The notes beneath the pieces are model-generated. The model had not been told where the DNA came from, did not search any database, and saw nothing but the letters and a program-made list of their open reading frames with translations. A DNA stretch of 64,000 bases from Candidatus Magasanikiibacteriota bacterium. GTDB lineage: Bacteria > Patescibacteriota > Patescibacteriia > Magasanikbacterales > UBA922. Location of the stretch: the NCBI GenBank assembly GCA_043809645.1, contig JBDROX010000044.1, positions 767 to 64,766 on the forward strand, given 5' to 3'. This document shows positions 28,000-38,450 of this stretch, one piece after another. The first letter of the stretch is position 1. Each line of letters begins with the position of its first letter. A program made the position numbers and the translations under genes.

Positions 28000-28545
28000 C
28001 TATTTTTTTCTCAGTGTAATTTTTTCCGGAATGTAATGATCTATGGTCGAATCATCAATGAGTGTCCAGACAAGAGATTTCCTGTCTTCACTCAATGTTA
28101 TAAAAGCAACGACTTCTGCATCATGATAGCAGCTCTTCATATTCAGCCTAGCTGTTTTCACTTTCTCACCTTCTGGTCCCTCATCTGTGATGAATCCATC
28201 AATTGATGGGCCGTTGAGGTCACCCTCGAGGCAGCAGTCGATCCTATTGGCATTTTCTGTGAGTCCACAATGGTATCCTGTGAGAACACCGTCTCCCTCA
28301 TAGAGCTCGGCAGTGAAGCTAATGCCACCTGCTTCACCAGACCACATCCCTTCGAATGGTCTGTAGGGGAGGATCTCAACCAGTGTTTTGATAGTGTCAG
28401 ATTCTGTAATTGTTATATTTATCTCTTCTGCCTGATGTACTGGTTCAGGCGCTATAGTATTACTGTCTTTCTTTTTACCAAATATACAGCCAGACAGTGT
28501 GAGGAGAGAGAAAACGAGGAGGAGCGATGTGATGGTAGTTCTCAT
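28000..28545 (-). CDS. Hypothetical lipoprotein (181 aa)
   Basis: Signal peptide ending LTLSGC lipobox. Confidence 0.65.
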   Translation of the reverse strand: MRTTITSLLLVFSLLTLSGCIFGKKKDSNTIAPEPVHQAEEINITITESDTIKTLVEILPYRPFEGMWSGEAGGISFTAELYEGDGVLTGYHCGLTENANRIDCCLEGDLNGPSIDGFITDEGPEGEKVKTARLNMKSCYHDAEVVAFITLSEDRKSLVWTLIDDSTIDHYIPEKITLRKK

Positions 28546-28548
28546 ACG

Positions 28549-29982
<1,434 letters not shown>

Positions 29983-30630
29983 CTACTGGCGCAGGTGATC
30001 AATGATTGTCTTCCATTCGTAGTCGAGTGTGTCAAAAATTTCTGCATCTGGCTTGAATGAAATTGTAGTTCCAGTAAACTTTGTTTTTCCAACTGCTCTT
30101 ACATTCTTTACGGCTTTTCCACGTTTGTATTCCTGAATCCAAATCTTTCCGTCTCTGTGAACTTCTGCTTTTACATCTACAGAAAGTGCATTTACAACAG
30201 AAACACCCACGCCGTGGAGACCGCCAGATACTTTGTACACAGTGTCACCGAATTTTCCACCGGCATGCAGCTTTGTCATGACCAGCTGGAGCGCACTGAC
30301 TTTCATTTTAGGATGAATACCAACCGGGATGCCACGACCGTTGTCAGTGACTGAAACCCAGTTTCCTGGAAGAAGCTTGATGGTGATATCTGTACAGTAC
30401 CCTGCCATGGCTTCATCGAATGCATTGTCTACCACTTCCCAAATCATGTGGTGGAGTCCGCGTTCGCCAGTCGAACCGATGTACATTCCAGGGCGCTTCC
30501 TTACTGCCTCGAGTCCTTCGAGTACGGTAATGGATTCTGCATCATATTTGGCATCCTTTTTCTTTGCAGGTGTTTTTTCTACCACTCCTTTACTGCTCTT
30601 TATTTCCTTTTTTTCAATCTTTTTTGGCAT
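29983..30630 (-). CDS. gyrB: DNA gyrase subunit B, N-terminal ATPase part, ending at in-frame TAG 29983-29985
   Basis: GHKL ATPase motifs (VVDNAFDEAMAG, DNGRGIPV, GLHGVGVSVVNALS). Confidence 0.85.
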   Translation of the reverse strand: MPKKIEKKEIKSSKGVVEKTPAKKKDAKYDAESITVLEGLEAVRKRPGMYIGSTGERGLHHMIWEVVDNAFDEAMAGYCTDITIKLLPGNWVSVTDNGRGIPVGIHPKMKVSALQLVMTKLHAGGKFGDTVYKVSGGLHGVGVSVVNALSVDVKAEVHRDGKIWIQEYKRGKAVKNVRAVGKTKFTGTTISFKPDAEIFDTLDYEWKTIIDHLRQ

Positions 30631-30778
30631 ACGTTCTATATGTATTCAAATAGTTTTTTTGAAAATTCGTCTCAATTATATCATGGTGGCCTGCACAAAA
30701 CAAGGGGTTTTTCTTGGTCAGAAATTAAAAAATTTGGTATACTCTTCTTACTTATTCTTTCTACGTAAAACTGAAAGT

Positions 30779-31690
30779 ATGCAAAAGGATGGTACCGAAA
30801 AAAAATTGAATGGATTCAAAAAGTATAAGGATCCGACAGGTGAGTTTACCAATGCCCAGCTCAGTACGAGTACGTGGTTTGTAAAGAATCGTGAACTACT
30901 CAAACGCATTGGTCTTGGAATTATCATTGCGTGGTGCACAGTGACTGTTGTGTACAGTATGATTCTGTGGGGAAAGTATTTTATTTTTGACTACCAGAAA
31001 GATCAGGCACTCTACAGGAGCCAGGTTCTTGGGTTTACCAACTATGAATCTATCCATGCGCTCTATGAGGCAGTGCCAATAGAGACACTGAGGCCACAGG
31101 TTTTTGAAGCAGCGCCTGGAAAGTACGACTTCGTAACCGATGTCATAAATAGTAATGAACGGTGGGTGGCCAAGATCACGTACAAGCATGTTCACTCTAG
31201 AGGAGAAACTCAACCAGAGGAAACTATTCTTCTTCCTCTCACACGGAGGCCGGTAGTGAGCTTCGGAGCTTCTGTTGATGGGACTCCATCTGGGGCACAG
31301 CTCCTCATCCTTGATACTACATGGTTCAAGATAAATGCACATGTAGTCCCTGCTGTTGGTCCATATATGGCAGAGAGACTCGACTTCTTTACTGAGTTCA
31401 TTGGATTCTTTCCAGCACGAGCAAGTGAGGGGTCGAGCTCTCATGGTATTGATCTTGACCTCATAAATGAAACTGCGTATAGTTACTGGCAGCCACAGTT
31501 TTATATTGAACTTTTCAATAATCAGCGTCGTGTTGGCGTCCTTCCTCTCATTATAGAGCAGTTCCGTGCAGGTGATGAGTTGGGGTTAGGGCTCCGATCT
31601 TTGGCGCCTGATCTGTCAGTAAGTGAGATCGCAGTGCACCCTATCATCAATGTGTTCGATAGTAGTGAATTCATGGATCCTGGATCCTAA
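30779..31690 (+). CDS. Hypothetical single-pass membrane protein (303 aa), start at MQKDGTEKK; the track ORF's upstream part overlaps gyrB antisense
   Basis: One TM helix (IGLGIIIAWCTVTVVYSMILW); stop 4 nt before the SEDS gene. Confidence 0.55.
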   Translation: MQKDGTEKKLNGFKKYKDPTGEFTNAQLSTSTWFVKNRELLKRIGLGIIIAWCTVTVVYSMILWGKYFIFDYQKDQALYRSQVLGFTNYESIHALYEAVPIETLRPQVFEAAPGKYDFVTDVINSNERWVAKITYKHVHSRGETQPEETILLPLTRRPVVSFGASVDGTPSGAQLLILDTTWFKINAHVVPAVGPYMAERLDFFTEFIGFFPARASEGSSSHGIDLDLINETAYSYWQPQFYIELFNNQRRVGVLPLIIEQFRAGDELGLGLRSLAPDLSVSEIAVHPIINVFDSSEFMDPGS

Positions 31691-31694
31691 GTCT

Positions 31695-32822
31695 ATGCTT
31701 GCTTTTTCTAGAAAATTTGAATTTCTAAGAAACTTCGATTGGCTTCCACCGATCGTTGTTTTTGTATTGAGCAGTATCGGGCTTGCTGCGATTTATAGTG
31801 TGGATTTGTCTCGCTCTGATCAGCTCACATTCTTTCCAACACAGTTCGTAGCACTCATCCTTGGGATCATCGTCATGACTGTAGCATCTTTTCTTCATGT
31901 ATCTTTTTATAGAATCTACGCACGTTTTTTTTACATCGGGGCTGTTCTACTCCTCATCGGAGTTTTGTTCTTTGGTGTTACAGTTCGTGGAACGACAGGG
32001 TGGTTTCGCTTTTCAACATTTTTTTCCTTTCAGCCGGCAGAGTTTGCAAAGATCGGTCTGATTCTTATTCTTGCATGGCTCATTTCTCGCTTTGGAAGGC
32101 GTTTTGATAAATGGCAGTTCATTGTTTCTACTGGTTTGGCAACATTTATTCCAGTAGGGTTCATCATGCTTCAGCCAGATTTCGGATCAGCTCTCATCCT
32201 AGTGGCTATCTGGCTAGGAATGCTTTTTCTGACGAAGACCAAGAAAAGATATGTTGCTGCGATTCTTGCCATGGGTGTTGGAGCATTTCTTATTGGTTGG
32301 TTTTTTCTTTTTGCTCCATATCAGAAAGATCGTATTCTGACATTCATGGATCCTGCTCGAGATCCGCTGGGGAGTGGATACAATGTTACGCAGTCTGTTA
32401 TTGCTATTGGAGCAGGGAACCTCTTTGGTCGTGGTCTTGGATTTGGTTCTCAGAGTCAGCTCCATTTTCTTCCAGAAACACAAACAGATTTCATCTTTGC
32501 TGTCATTGCAGAGGAGCTTGGCTTCGTTGCTGTGTGTGTCGTTTTGTCACTTTACCTACTTCTCTTCTGGAGACTTCTCTCCCTTGCCAAGAAAGCGCCG
32601 GATGATTTTAGTGCGTACTGTCTTGTTGGTGCAGTGCTGCTTTTCTTTTCTCAGATGGTGCTGAACATCGGTGCTGCTGCAGGTGTTCTGCCAGTTACAG
32701 GTATTACACTTCCATTTTTGAGTTACGGGGGGTCATCGCTCATTATCAATTTTTTTGTTATTGGTCTAGTACAAAGTGTGGCTAGGAGTACGCGAGAGAA
32801 AACATCATTTATGGTATCTTGA
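31695..32822 (+). CDS. SEDS-family peptidoglycan glycosyltransferase (FtsW/RodA)
   Basis: RGTTGWFRFSTFFSFQPAEFAKIGLIL and 10-TM topology. Confidence 0.85.
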   Translation: MLAFSRKFEFLRNFDWLPPIVVFVLSSIGLAAIYSVDLSRSDQLTFFPTQFVALILGIIVMTVASFLHVSFYRIYARFFYIGAVLLLIGVLFFGVTVRGTTGWFRFSTFFSFQPAEFAKIGLILILAWLISRFGRRFDKWQFIVSTGLATFIPVGFIMLQPDFGSALILVAIWLGMLFLTKTKKRYVAAILAMGVGAFLIGWFFLFAPYQKDRILTFMDPARDPLGSGYNVTQSVIAIGAGNLFGRGLGFGSQSQLHFLPETQTDFIFAVIAEELGFVAVCVVLSLYLLLFWRLLSLAKKAPDDFSAYCLVGAVLLFFSQMVLNIGAAAGVLPVTGITLPFLSYGGSSLIINFFVIGLVQSVARSTREKTSFMVS

Positions 32823-32864
32823 CACTGTGATATACTTGTGGTACACTCTTCACGCCTTAGTTTT

Positions 32865-33230
32865 ATGGAATTTTCGCAAAAAAAACATTCTAGGCAGGAA
32901 ATTCCTGATGATCTTTTTCTTATCAGGCAGTGTCCGGGCTGCAAGCAGGATTTTGAGAAAAAGTATGTTAGAGTGTTGAGCCAACGCAGTGATGCGCATC
33001 TGATCCATATTACATGTCAGCATTGCCAGCAGGCTGTCATTGCACTGGTTATGCTCTCTCCTGTTGGGCTGGGCTCTGTGGGGATAGCCACAGACCTGAA
33101 GGCAGGTGAGGCACTTCGGTTTCATGATCGATCTCATTTTGTTCAGGATGATGTGCTCAGTTTTCACTCGTTCCTACAAAAAGATGATCTCGTAGAACGT
33201 CATTTCTCACATAGATATATCAGTGCGTAG
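32865..33230 (+). CDS. Hypothetical zinc-ribbon protein
   Basis: CPGC ... CQHC pairs. Confidence 0.4.
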   Translation: MEFSQKKHSRQEIPDDLFLIRQCPGCKQDFEKKYVRVLSQRSDAHLIHITCQHCQQAVIALVMLSPVGLGSVGIATDLKAGEALRFHDRSHFVQDDVLSFHSFLQKDDLVERHFSHRYISA

Positions 33231-33271
33231 CAGTTATGTTACTCAGTGATTTATCTATAGAGTCAAATACT

Positions 33272-33967
33272 ATGACATTTATATTGCAAACAACCAAAAG
33301 AACAAACGAGGATGTGACTGATATGCGAGCAGAAGGTAAGCTCCCTGCTGTGGTCTATGGACCAGAGATGGAAGCTGTCTCTCTCAGCGTGAACACAATT
33401 CCTTTTGAAAAACTGTACTCAGAAGCTGGAGAGTCGAGTCTTGTCGACCTCGTCGTGGATGGTGGAGAACCTGTCAAAGTTCTCATCCAGGAGGTTCAGT
33501 ACGATCCAGTCAAACGAAATTCAATTCATGTTGATTTCAGACAGATCAGGATGGGTGTTGAAATGACAGCAACTGTTGAACTCAAATTCGTTGGAGAGAG
33601 TGCTGCAGTCAAGGCGCTCGGTGGAACACTCAACACATCAACGCACAGTGTGACTGTTCGGTGTCTGCCAAAGGATCTCGTTGGATCCATTATTGTTGAT
33701 CTTTCTGTACTCAAGACATTTGATGATGCTATCGCTATCTCTGACCTCAAACTTCCAGAGGGTGTCACAGTAGATGATAATGAAACAAATTTGGTCGTCA
33801 AGGTTACAGCTCCACTTACCGAAGATCAGCTCAAGGCTATGGACGAGGCTGAGGCTCCAAGTATTGAGGACGTTGTGGTTGAGGGTGAAAAGAAAGAGGG
33901 GGATGAGGGTGAAAAGAAAGAGGGGGATGAGGGGGATGAGGGTGAAAAGAAAGAGGGTATCAAATAA
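33272..33967 (+). CDS. rplY: 50S ribosomal protein L25 / general stress protein Ctc with acidic repeat tail (EGEKKEGD)n
   Basis: L25 N-domain (GKLPAVVYGP ...); C-terminal tail encoded by tandem 24-30-nt repeats 33885-33960. Confidence 0.85.
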   Translation: MTFILQTTKRTNEDVTDMRAEGKLPAVVYGPEMEAVSLSVNTIPFEKLYSEAGESSLVDLVVDGGEPVKVLIQEVQYDPVKRNSIHVDFRQIRMGVEMTATVELKFVGESAAVKALGGTLNTSTHSVTVRCLPKDLVGSIIVDLSVLKTFDDAIAISDLKLPEGVTVDDNETNLVVKVTAPLTEDQLKAMDEAEAPSIEDVVVEGEKKEGDEGEKKEGDEGDEGEKKEGIK

Positions 33968-34052
33968 ACATAAACTCAAAAAAACCGATGCTTTTCCTAG
34001 TGTCGGTTTTTTGATAGAATGAAGAAGTAATTGTAGTTGATAACATTATGTT

Positions 34053-35186
34053 ATGAAAAAAGAACACAAAAAGAAGATTCGAGAGCTACTTGAAAAACAG
34101 CTCAATGACACAAGACTTATTTATCTGCTTGCAATCATCGTGTGTGGTGTGGCTATTGGTCTACTCATTTGGTTCGGTGTACGAGCGATGTCATCGAGTG
34201 TAGTCCGATTTGAGCAAGATTTCACTGAGGAGGGTGGAGAGGTAGAAGAGGAAGAAAAGTCCAGGTGTGAATTCGAGCGTCATATTGATGGAGTGTGTGT
34301 GGATGGGGAAGAAGAGGTAAGTCCTCGAATTGTTGGTATCATGATCGAGAATCATGTTGACTCCAGACCTCAGGCAGGCCTCGCAGACGCAAGGGTGGTG
34401 TACGAAGCGCCTGTAGAAGCCAACTACTCACGATTCTTCGCACTCTATACTTCTGATCAAGAAGTAGAAAAAATTGGACCAGTTAGAAGTTCTAGGCATT
34501 ATTATCTTGACTGGCTGAGAGAGTACCGTGATGTTCTCTACATGCATGTTGGTGGATCACCACTTGCCCTCCATAGAATTCGAACATCACAGATTTTGAG
34601 CATCAATGAAATGGGGAAGGGTTGGTATTTCTGGAGAAGTAAGGATCGGTACGCACCACACAATACATATACTTCGAGTAAGCTCTGGGGAGAAGCATAC
34701 GATGATTATTGGAAAGAGAACTTTCATAATTCATTCGACCCTTGGAAATTTTCTGACAATGCTGGATGTGAGGAAAGCTGCGTGGAACAGGTTAGAATTT
34801 CCTTCCTTCCGCCAAGTTATGAGGCTGTCTGGAAATATAATGCAGAGGAACGATATTTTGAGCGATATCAGGATGGAAGAAAACACAAGGATCAGGAGGA
34901 CGGGGATGAGATTATTGCAAACACGCTTATTATTCAAAAAGTGAAGACAATAGTGCTCGATGAGATTGGAAGACTAGATATGGAAACTATTGGATCTGGA
35001 AAGGCAGTTTTTTTCATCAATGGAAATGAGACAGAAGGGATATGGGAGAAGAAAGATCAGTGGGGAAGGACAAAATGGTTTGATGAGGTCGGGGATGAGA
35101 TGGAATTGAATGCTGGGAAAATTTGGATAGAGGTCTTGAATGATAGGGCTTCGTATGAAGTAACGAAAGAAAAGATTGAAGAATAA
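34053..35186 (+). CDS. DUF3048-family (YerB-like) membrane-anchored protein
   Basis: N-term TM; IENHVDSRPQAGLADARVVYEAPVE motif of DUF3048. Confidence 0.7.
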   Translation: MKKEHKKKIRELLEKQLNDTRLIYLLAIIVCGVAIGLLIWFGVRAMSSSVVRFEQDFTEEGGEVEEEEKSRCEFERHIDGVCVDGEEEVSPRIVGIMIENHVDSRPQAGLADARVVYEAPVEANYSRFFALYTSDQEVEKIGPVRSSRHYYLDWLREYRDVLYMHVGGSPLALHRIRTSQILSINEMGKGWYFWRSKDRYAPHNTYTSSKLWGEAYDDYWKENFHNSFDPWKFSDNAGCEESCVEQVRISFLPPSYEAVWKYNAEERYFERYQDGRKHKDQEDGDEIIANTLIIQKVKTIVLDEIGRLDMETIGSGKAVFFINGNETEGIWEKKDQWGRTKWFDEVGDEMELNAGKIWIEVLNDRASYEVTKEKIEE

Positions 35187-35195
35187 ATATTAGAA

Positions 35196-35230
35196 TAAAA
35201 AAATACCAGCATATGCTGGTATTTTTTATT
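35196..35230. terminator. Bidirectional terminator A5-TACCAGCATATGCTGGTA-T6
   Basis: Perfect 9-bp palindrome with flanking A/T runs. Confidence 0.8.
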
Positions 35231-35257
35231 CGATACTCAGAGGGTGGGGTGGTGTTG

Positions 35258-35599
35258 TTACGCAAGTCTTTCCATCTTTTCAATGGTTCGAATCGCGATT
35301 GTCCTTTTTTCACCACTCAGGTACCTCCTGAATAGTGTTATGATGGCATACTTTGACATGCCAAGGTATACATTGGCAAACCCAATGGCAAATGGCTCAA
35401 TTGTAGAGGCAACGGTGATGAAGGTTTCTGCAATCTGTACGGTTTTTCCACGCCGTATGTATGCCTCCTGGCACATCTTTGCAAGCTCGAGGGGGATAAT
35501 ACATGCTCGACGTGCTTGCAGGAGAGTACCAATGTCCTCTGGAGAATATTTTCGCATTCGGACGAGATCTATGCAGATCTCAAGTTCAAGTGTGTTCAC
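35258..35599 (-). CDS. Hypothetical protein (113 aa)
   Basis: ORF only. Confidence 0.4.
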   Translation of the reverse strand: MNTLELEICIDLVRMRKYSPEDIGTLLQARRACIIPLELAKMCQEAYIRRGKTVQIAETFITVASTIEPFAIGFANVYLGMSKYAIITLFRRYLSGEKRTIAIRTIEKMERLA

Positions 35600-35668
35600 A
35601 GTGTCCCTCCTGATACACCACCCTCTGAATATCCAACCGATTGGTTATATCACAGAATATTTTCTAAG

Positions 35669-36541
35669 TCAAGATGCAACGCCAATCACACGATCAAGAC
35701 CGGCAAGATCTTTTTGAATAAATGTTCTGGTGTTCGGTAGGTGGGATTTGATGATTGAGAGGAGATTATCAATCTGCTCGGGGTCACATTCTAGGAATAT
35801 TCTAAGGTGTCCAGTGTGGACTGTTTTGATTGCTTCGAGTTGGGCAAAGAATCTTCTGTAGAGTGCAAGACCATCTGAACCGCCTCCATAGAGCGCAAGG
35901 TTGGGTTCGCGCTCGATACTTTTGTCTTTCTTTTCTTCCTTTTTTAAATAGGGAAGGTTTGCAGTAATAATGAGGCACGTATGTTTACCAATAATTGGCA
36001 TAAATATGCCTGTATCAAAAAGGTCTGCGCGTAGCCATTCGATTCTAGACTCATGTTTAGTTTTATTTTTCTTTGCCACACGAAGTGCTCTCCATGAAAT
36101 ATCGCTTCCACATACATAGACATGTTTTTTTGTGTTAGTGTCCAGGCTTTTCATCACAGAGATTGGAATACAGCCTGACCCAGTAGCAATATCAATATAA
36201 AGGATATCCTCACAGCCTGTTAGCGCGTGGTCAGTGATTGTCTCTTTTGCTGCCTCGACCAAAAGCTCTGAAGCAGGGCGTGGTATGAGGACTAATGGAC
36301 TTACATTGAACGTGTTCCCATAAAAATCTTGTGTACCAGTGATGTAGGGAAAAGGGATACCGTTTTTTCTTTTTTTTACATACCAAAAAAATTGGATCAA
36401 ACGAATTAGTCCAACTCTTTTGTTTGGGTGGCTAATGGTAAACTCTCGAGTTTGCCTGAGCGCATGCGCGAGTAGGAGCTGTGCGTCGAGGGCATCAATA
36501 TCTCGAATTGCTTTTTTGAGAAGTGTGTTGATTCGAAACAT
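35669..36541 (-). CDS. prmC: Release-factor glutamine N5-methyltransferase PrmC/HemK (NPPY variant NLPY)
   Basis: DIATGSGCIPIS SAM motif, ANLPY, position downstream of prfA. Confidence 0.85.
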   Translation of the reverse strand: MFRINTLLKKAIRDIDALDAQLLLAHALRQTREFTISHPNKRVGLIRLIQFFWYVKKRKNGIPFPYITGTQDFYGNTFNVSPLVLIPRPASELLVEAAKETITDHALTGCEDILYIDIATGSGCIPISVMKSLDTNTKKHVYVCGSDISWRALRVAKKNKTKHESRIEWLRADLFDTGIFMPIIGKHTCLIITANLPYLKKEEKKDKSIEREPNLALYGGGSDGLALYRRFFAQLEAIKTVHTGHLRIFLECDPEQIDNLLSIIKSHLPNTRTFIQKDLAGLDRVIGVAS

Positions 36542-36550
36542 CTGAGGCTA

Positions 36551-37648
36551 TTATACTGGGTCTTCTACGGATGTCTCTTGCAGTTTTTCCTGAGAATCCT
36601 TGATATCATAATCTGCTTGTCTGAGTTTGGAGATGATGTCATCGATGTCTCCGTCAAGAATTGTACCTATACTGTTCCAACTTTCTTTGATTCGATGATC
36701 CGTAATTCTGTCTTGCGAATAATTGTATGTACGGATTTTTTCACTCCTGTCACCAGACCCGATTTGACTTCTTCTTTTCTCAGAAAGTTCTGCCATCTTT
36801 TTTTCCTGCTCTGCCTCGTAGAGTCGTGCGCGTAATACATTTAATGCTTTAATTTTGTTTTGCAACTGAGACTTTTCATCCTGACACTGAGCCATGACGC
36901 CAGTCGGAATATGTGTAACACGAACAGCACTATACGTCGTGTTTACACTCTGGCCACCGTTTCCGCCTGCACAGAACGTGTCAATACGAAGGTCTTCATT
37001 CTTGAGTTCAAATTCAGCTTCTTCAATTTCAGGAAGGACGGCGACACTTGCAGTAGATGTATGGATTCTTCCGGACTTTTCTGTTTCTGGAATACGTTGG
37101 ACCCGGTGTACGCCCATCTCATACTTCATATCTTTGTACACTTCTTTTCCTTCAATAACAAAGATAACTTCCTTGTATCCACCAATACCAATTTGACTTT
37201 CGCTCATAAGGACTGTTTTCCATCCTCGTCCTTCTGCGTATTTCATATACATACGCATGAGTACTCCAGCAAAGAGGGCAGCCTCGTCTCCGCCTGCACC
37301 AGCTCGAATTTCGACAATGGCATTTTTCTTGTCCATTGGATCGGTTGGTCTGGTGAGGAGTGCGATTTCTTCTTCTAGTGTCTGCTTTTTTTCTTTGAGT
37401 TCGAGCAGTTCTGCTTCTGCCATTGATTTCATATCTGCATCTGTCTCACTACTGACAATTGCATCTGTTTCGCCAATACTTTTCTCTGTGCCGAGAAGTA
37501 TTTCAATTTTCTCTACCACTGGTTTGAGATCATTATATTCCTGTGACACACTCTTCATTTTTTTCTGGTCACCAATAACTGCAGGGTCTGAGAGGTCTTG
37601 CTCGAGTTTCTTATACGTTGTGATGTAGGAATTAAATTTGCTATTCAT
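36551..37648 (-). CDS. prfA: Peptide chain release factor 1 (start taken at MNSKFNSY)
   Basis: GGQ motif ([22 protein letters not shown]), RF1-type domain organisation. Confidence 0.9.
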   Translation of the reverse strand: MNSKFNSYITTYKKLEQDLSDPAVIGDQKKMKSVSQEYNDLKPVVEKIEILLGTEKSIGETDAIVSSETDADMKSMAEAELLELKEKKQTLEEEIALLTRPTDPMDKKNAIVEIRAGAGGDEAALFAGVLMRMYMKYAEGRGWKTVLMSESQIGIGGYKEVIFVIEGKEVYKDMKYEMGVHRVQRIPETEKSGRIHTSTASVAVLPEIEEAEFELKNEDLRIDTFCAGGNGGQSVNTTYSAVRVTHIPTGVMAQCQDEKSQLQNKIKALNVLRARLYEAEQEKKMAELSEKRRSQIGSGDRSEKIRTYNYSQDRITDHRIKESWNSIGTILDGDIDDIISKLRQADYDIKDSQEKLQETSVEDPV

Positions 37649-37723
37649 AGAAAAATAATTATGTGGATAGTATAGCAGTAAACAAAAACAGACCAAAGAA
37701 TGGTCTGTTTTTAATACGCAGTG

Positions 37724-38029
37724 CTATTTTGATGTTTCCTTTTTTCCCTTTTTTGTTTCGTCCTTGTCGCTCTTTACTTTTGCTGCTTTTTTGGCTTTTT
37801 TGCCCTTTCTTGACTGAGCCGCAGCTTTGACCCTTTCCATCTTTTCTTGGAATTTTTCAACACGTCTAGCAGTATCTACGAACTTTTGTTTTCCAGTATA
37901 AAATGGGTGGCATTCACTACAAAGCTCAACACGAATCTCTGGCTTTGTAGAGCCAACCTTAAACTCATTACCACATGCGCAGGCAATAATGGCTTCTTCA
38001 TTATATGTTGGGTGAATATCTTTCTTCAT
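37724..38029 (-). CDS. rpmE: 50S ribosomal protein L31 with Lys-rich C-terminal extension
   Basis: MKKDIHPTY..., CxxC...[10 protein letters not shown]. Confidence 0.85.
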   Translation of the reverse strand: MKKDIHPTYNEEAIIACACGNEFKVGSTKPEIRVELCSECHPFYTGKQKFVDTARRVEKFQEKMERVKAAAQSRKGKKAKKAAKVKSDKDETKKGKKETSK

Positions 38030-38194
38030 ATCAAATATCTAAATTGTTTGAAATCGAGTGGAGTATATCAGCTCTTTGCCAAGATGTCAAGAGTATTGAC
38101 GTAAAAGTGCCTATGTGGTACACTCTCTATGCTAAAAATATAGGGAAATTGCGGTTTTCGCGAACCTATTCTATACTACCTCTATCTATTTGAT

Positions 38195-38410
38195 ATGACA
38201 TACGTACTAACAATCATTGAAATGATTCTGGGCATGTTGCTCATTATTTCTATTCTTCTACAGCAAAAGGGTGCTGGGCTCGGAGCTACCTTCGGTGGAG
38301 GAGGTGGAGTGGCAAGTACACGACGTGGGTCTGATCTCTTTCTTTTCCGTGCATCTATTGTACTTTCTATCCTCTTCTTTGGCGTAGGATTCGTTCTTCT
38401 TCTCGTCTAA
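38195..38410 (+). CDS. secG: Preprotein translocase SecG
   Basis: Two TM helices with Gly-rich loop LLQQKGAGLGATFGGGGG. Confidence 0.8.
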   Translation: MTYVLTIIEMILGMLLIISILLQQKGAGLGATFGGGGGVASTRRGSDLFLFRASIVLSILFFGVGFVLLLV

Positions 38411-38450
38411 TTCATTTCTGACGAAGTATATTGTGTGATACCGACTTCTT

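Noticed and set aside
30329-30778. Upstream part of ORF 30329-31690 (plus strand)
   Set aside because: Overlaps the gyrB N-terminal coding region on the opposite strand; the plausible start is the internal ATG at 30779 following a promoter-like AT-rich spacer.
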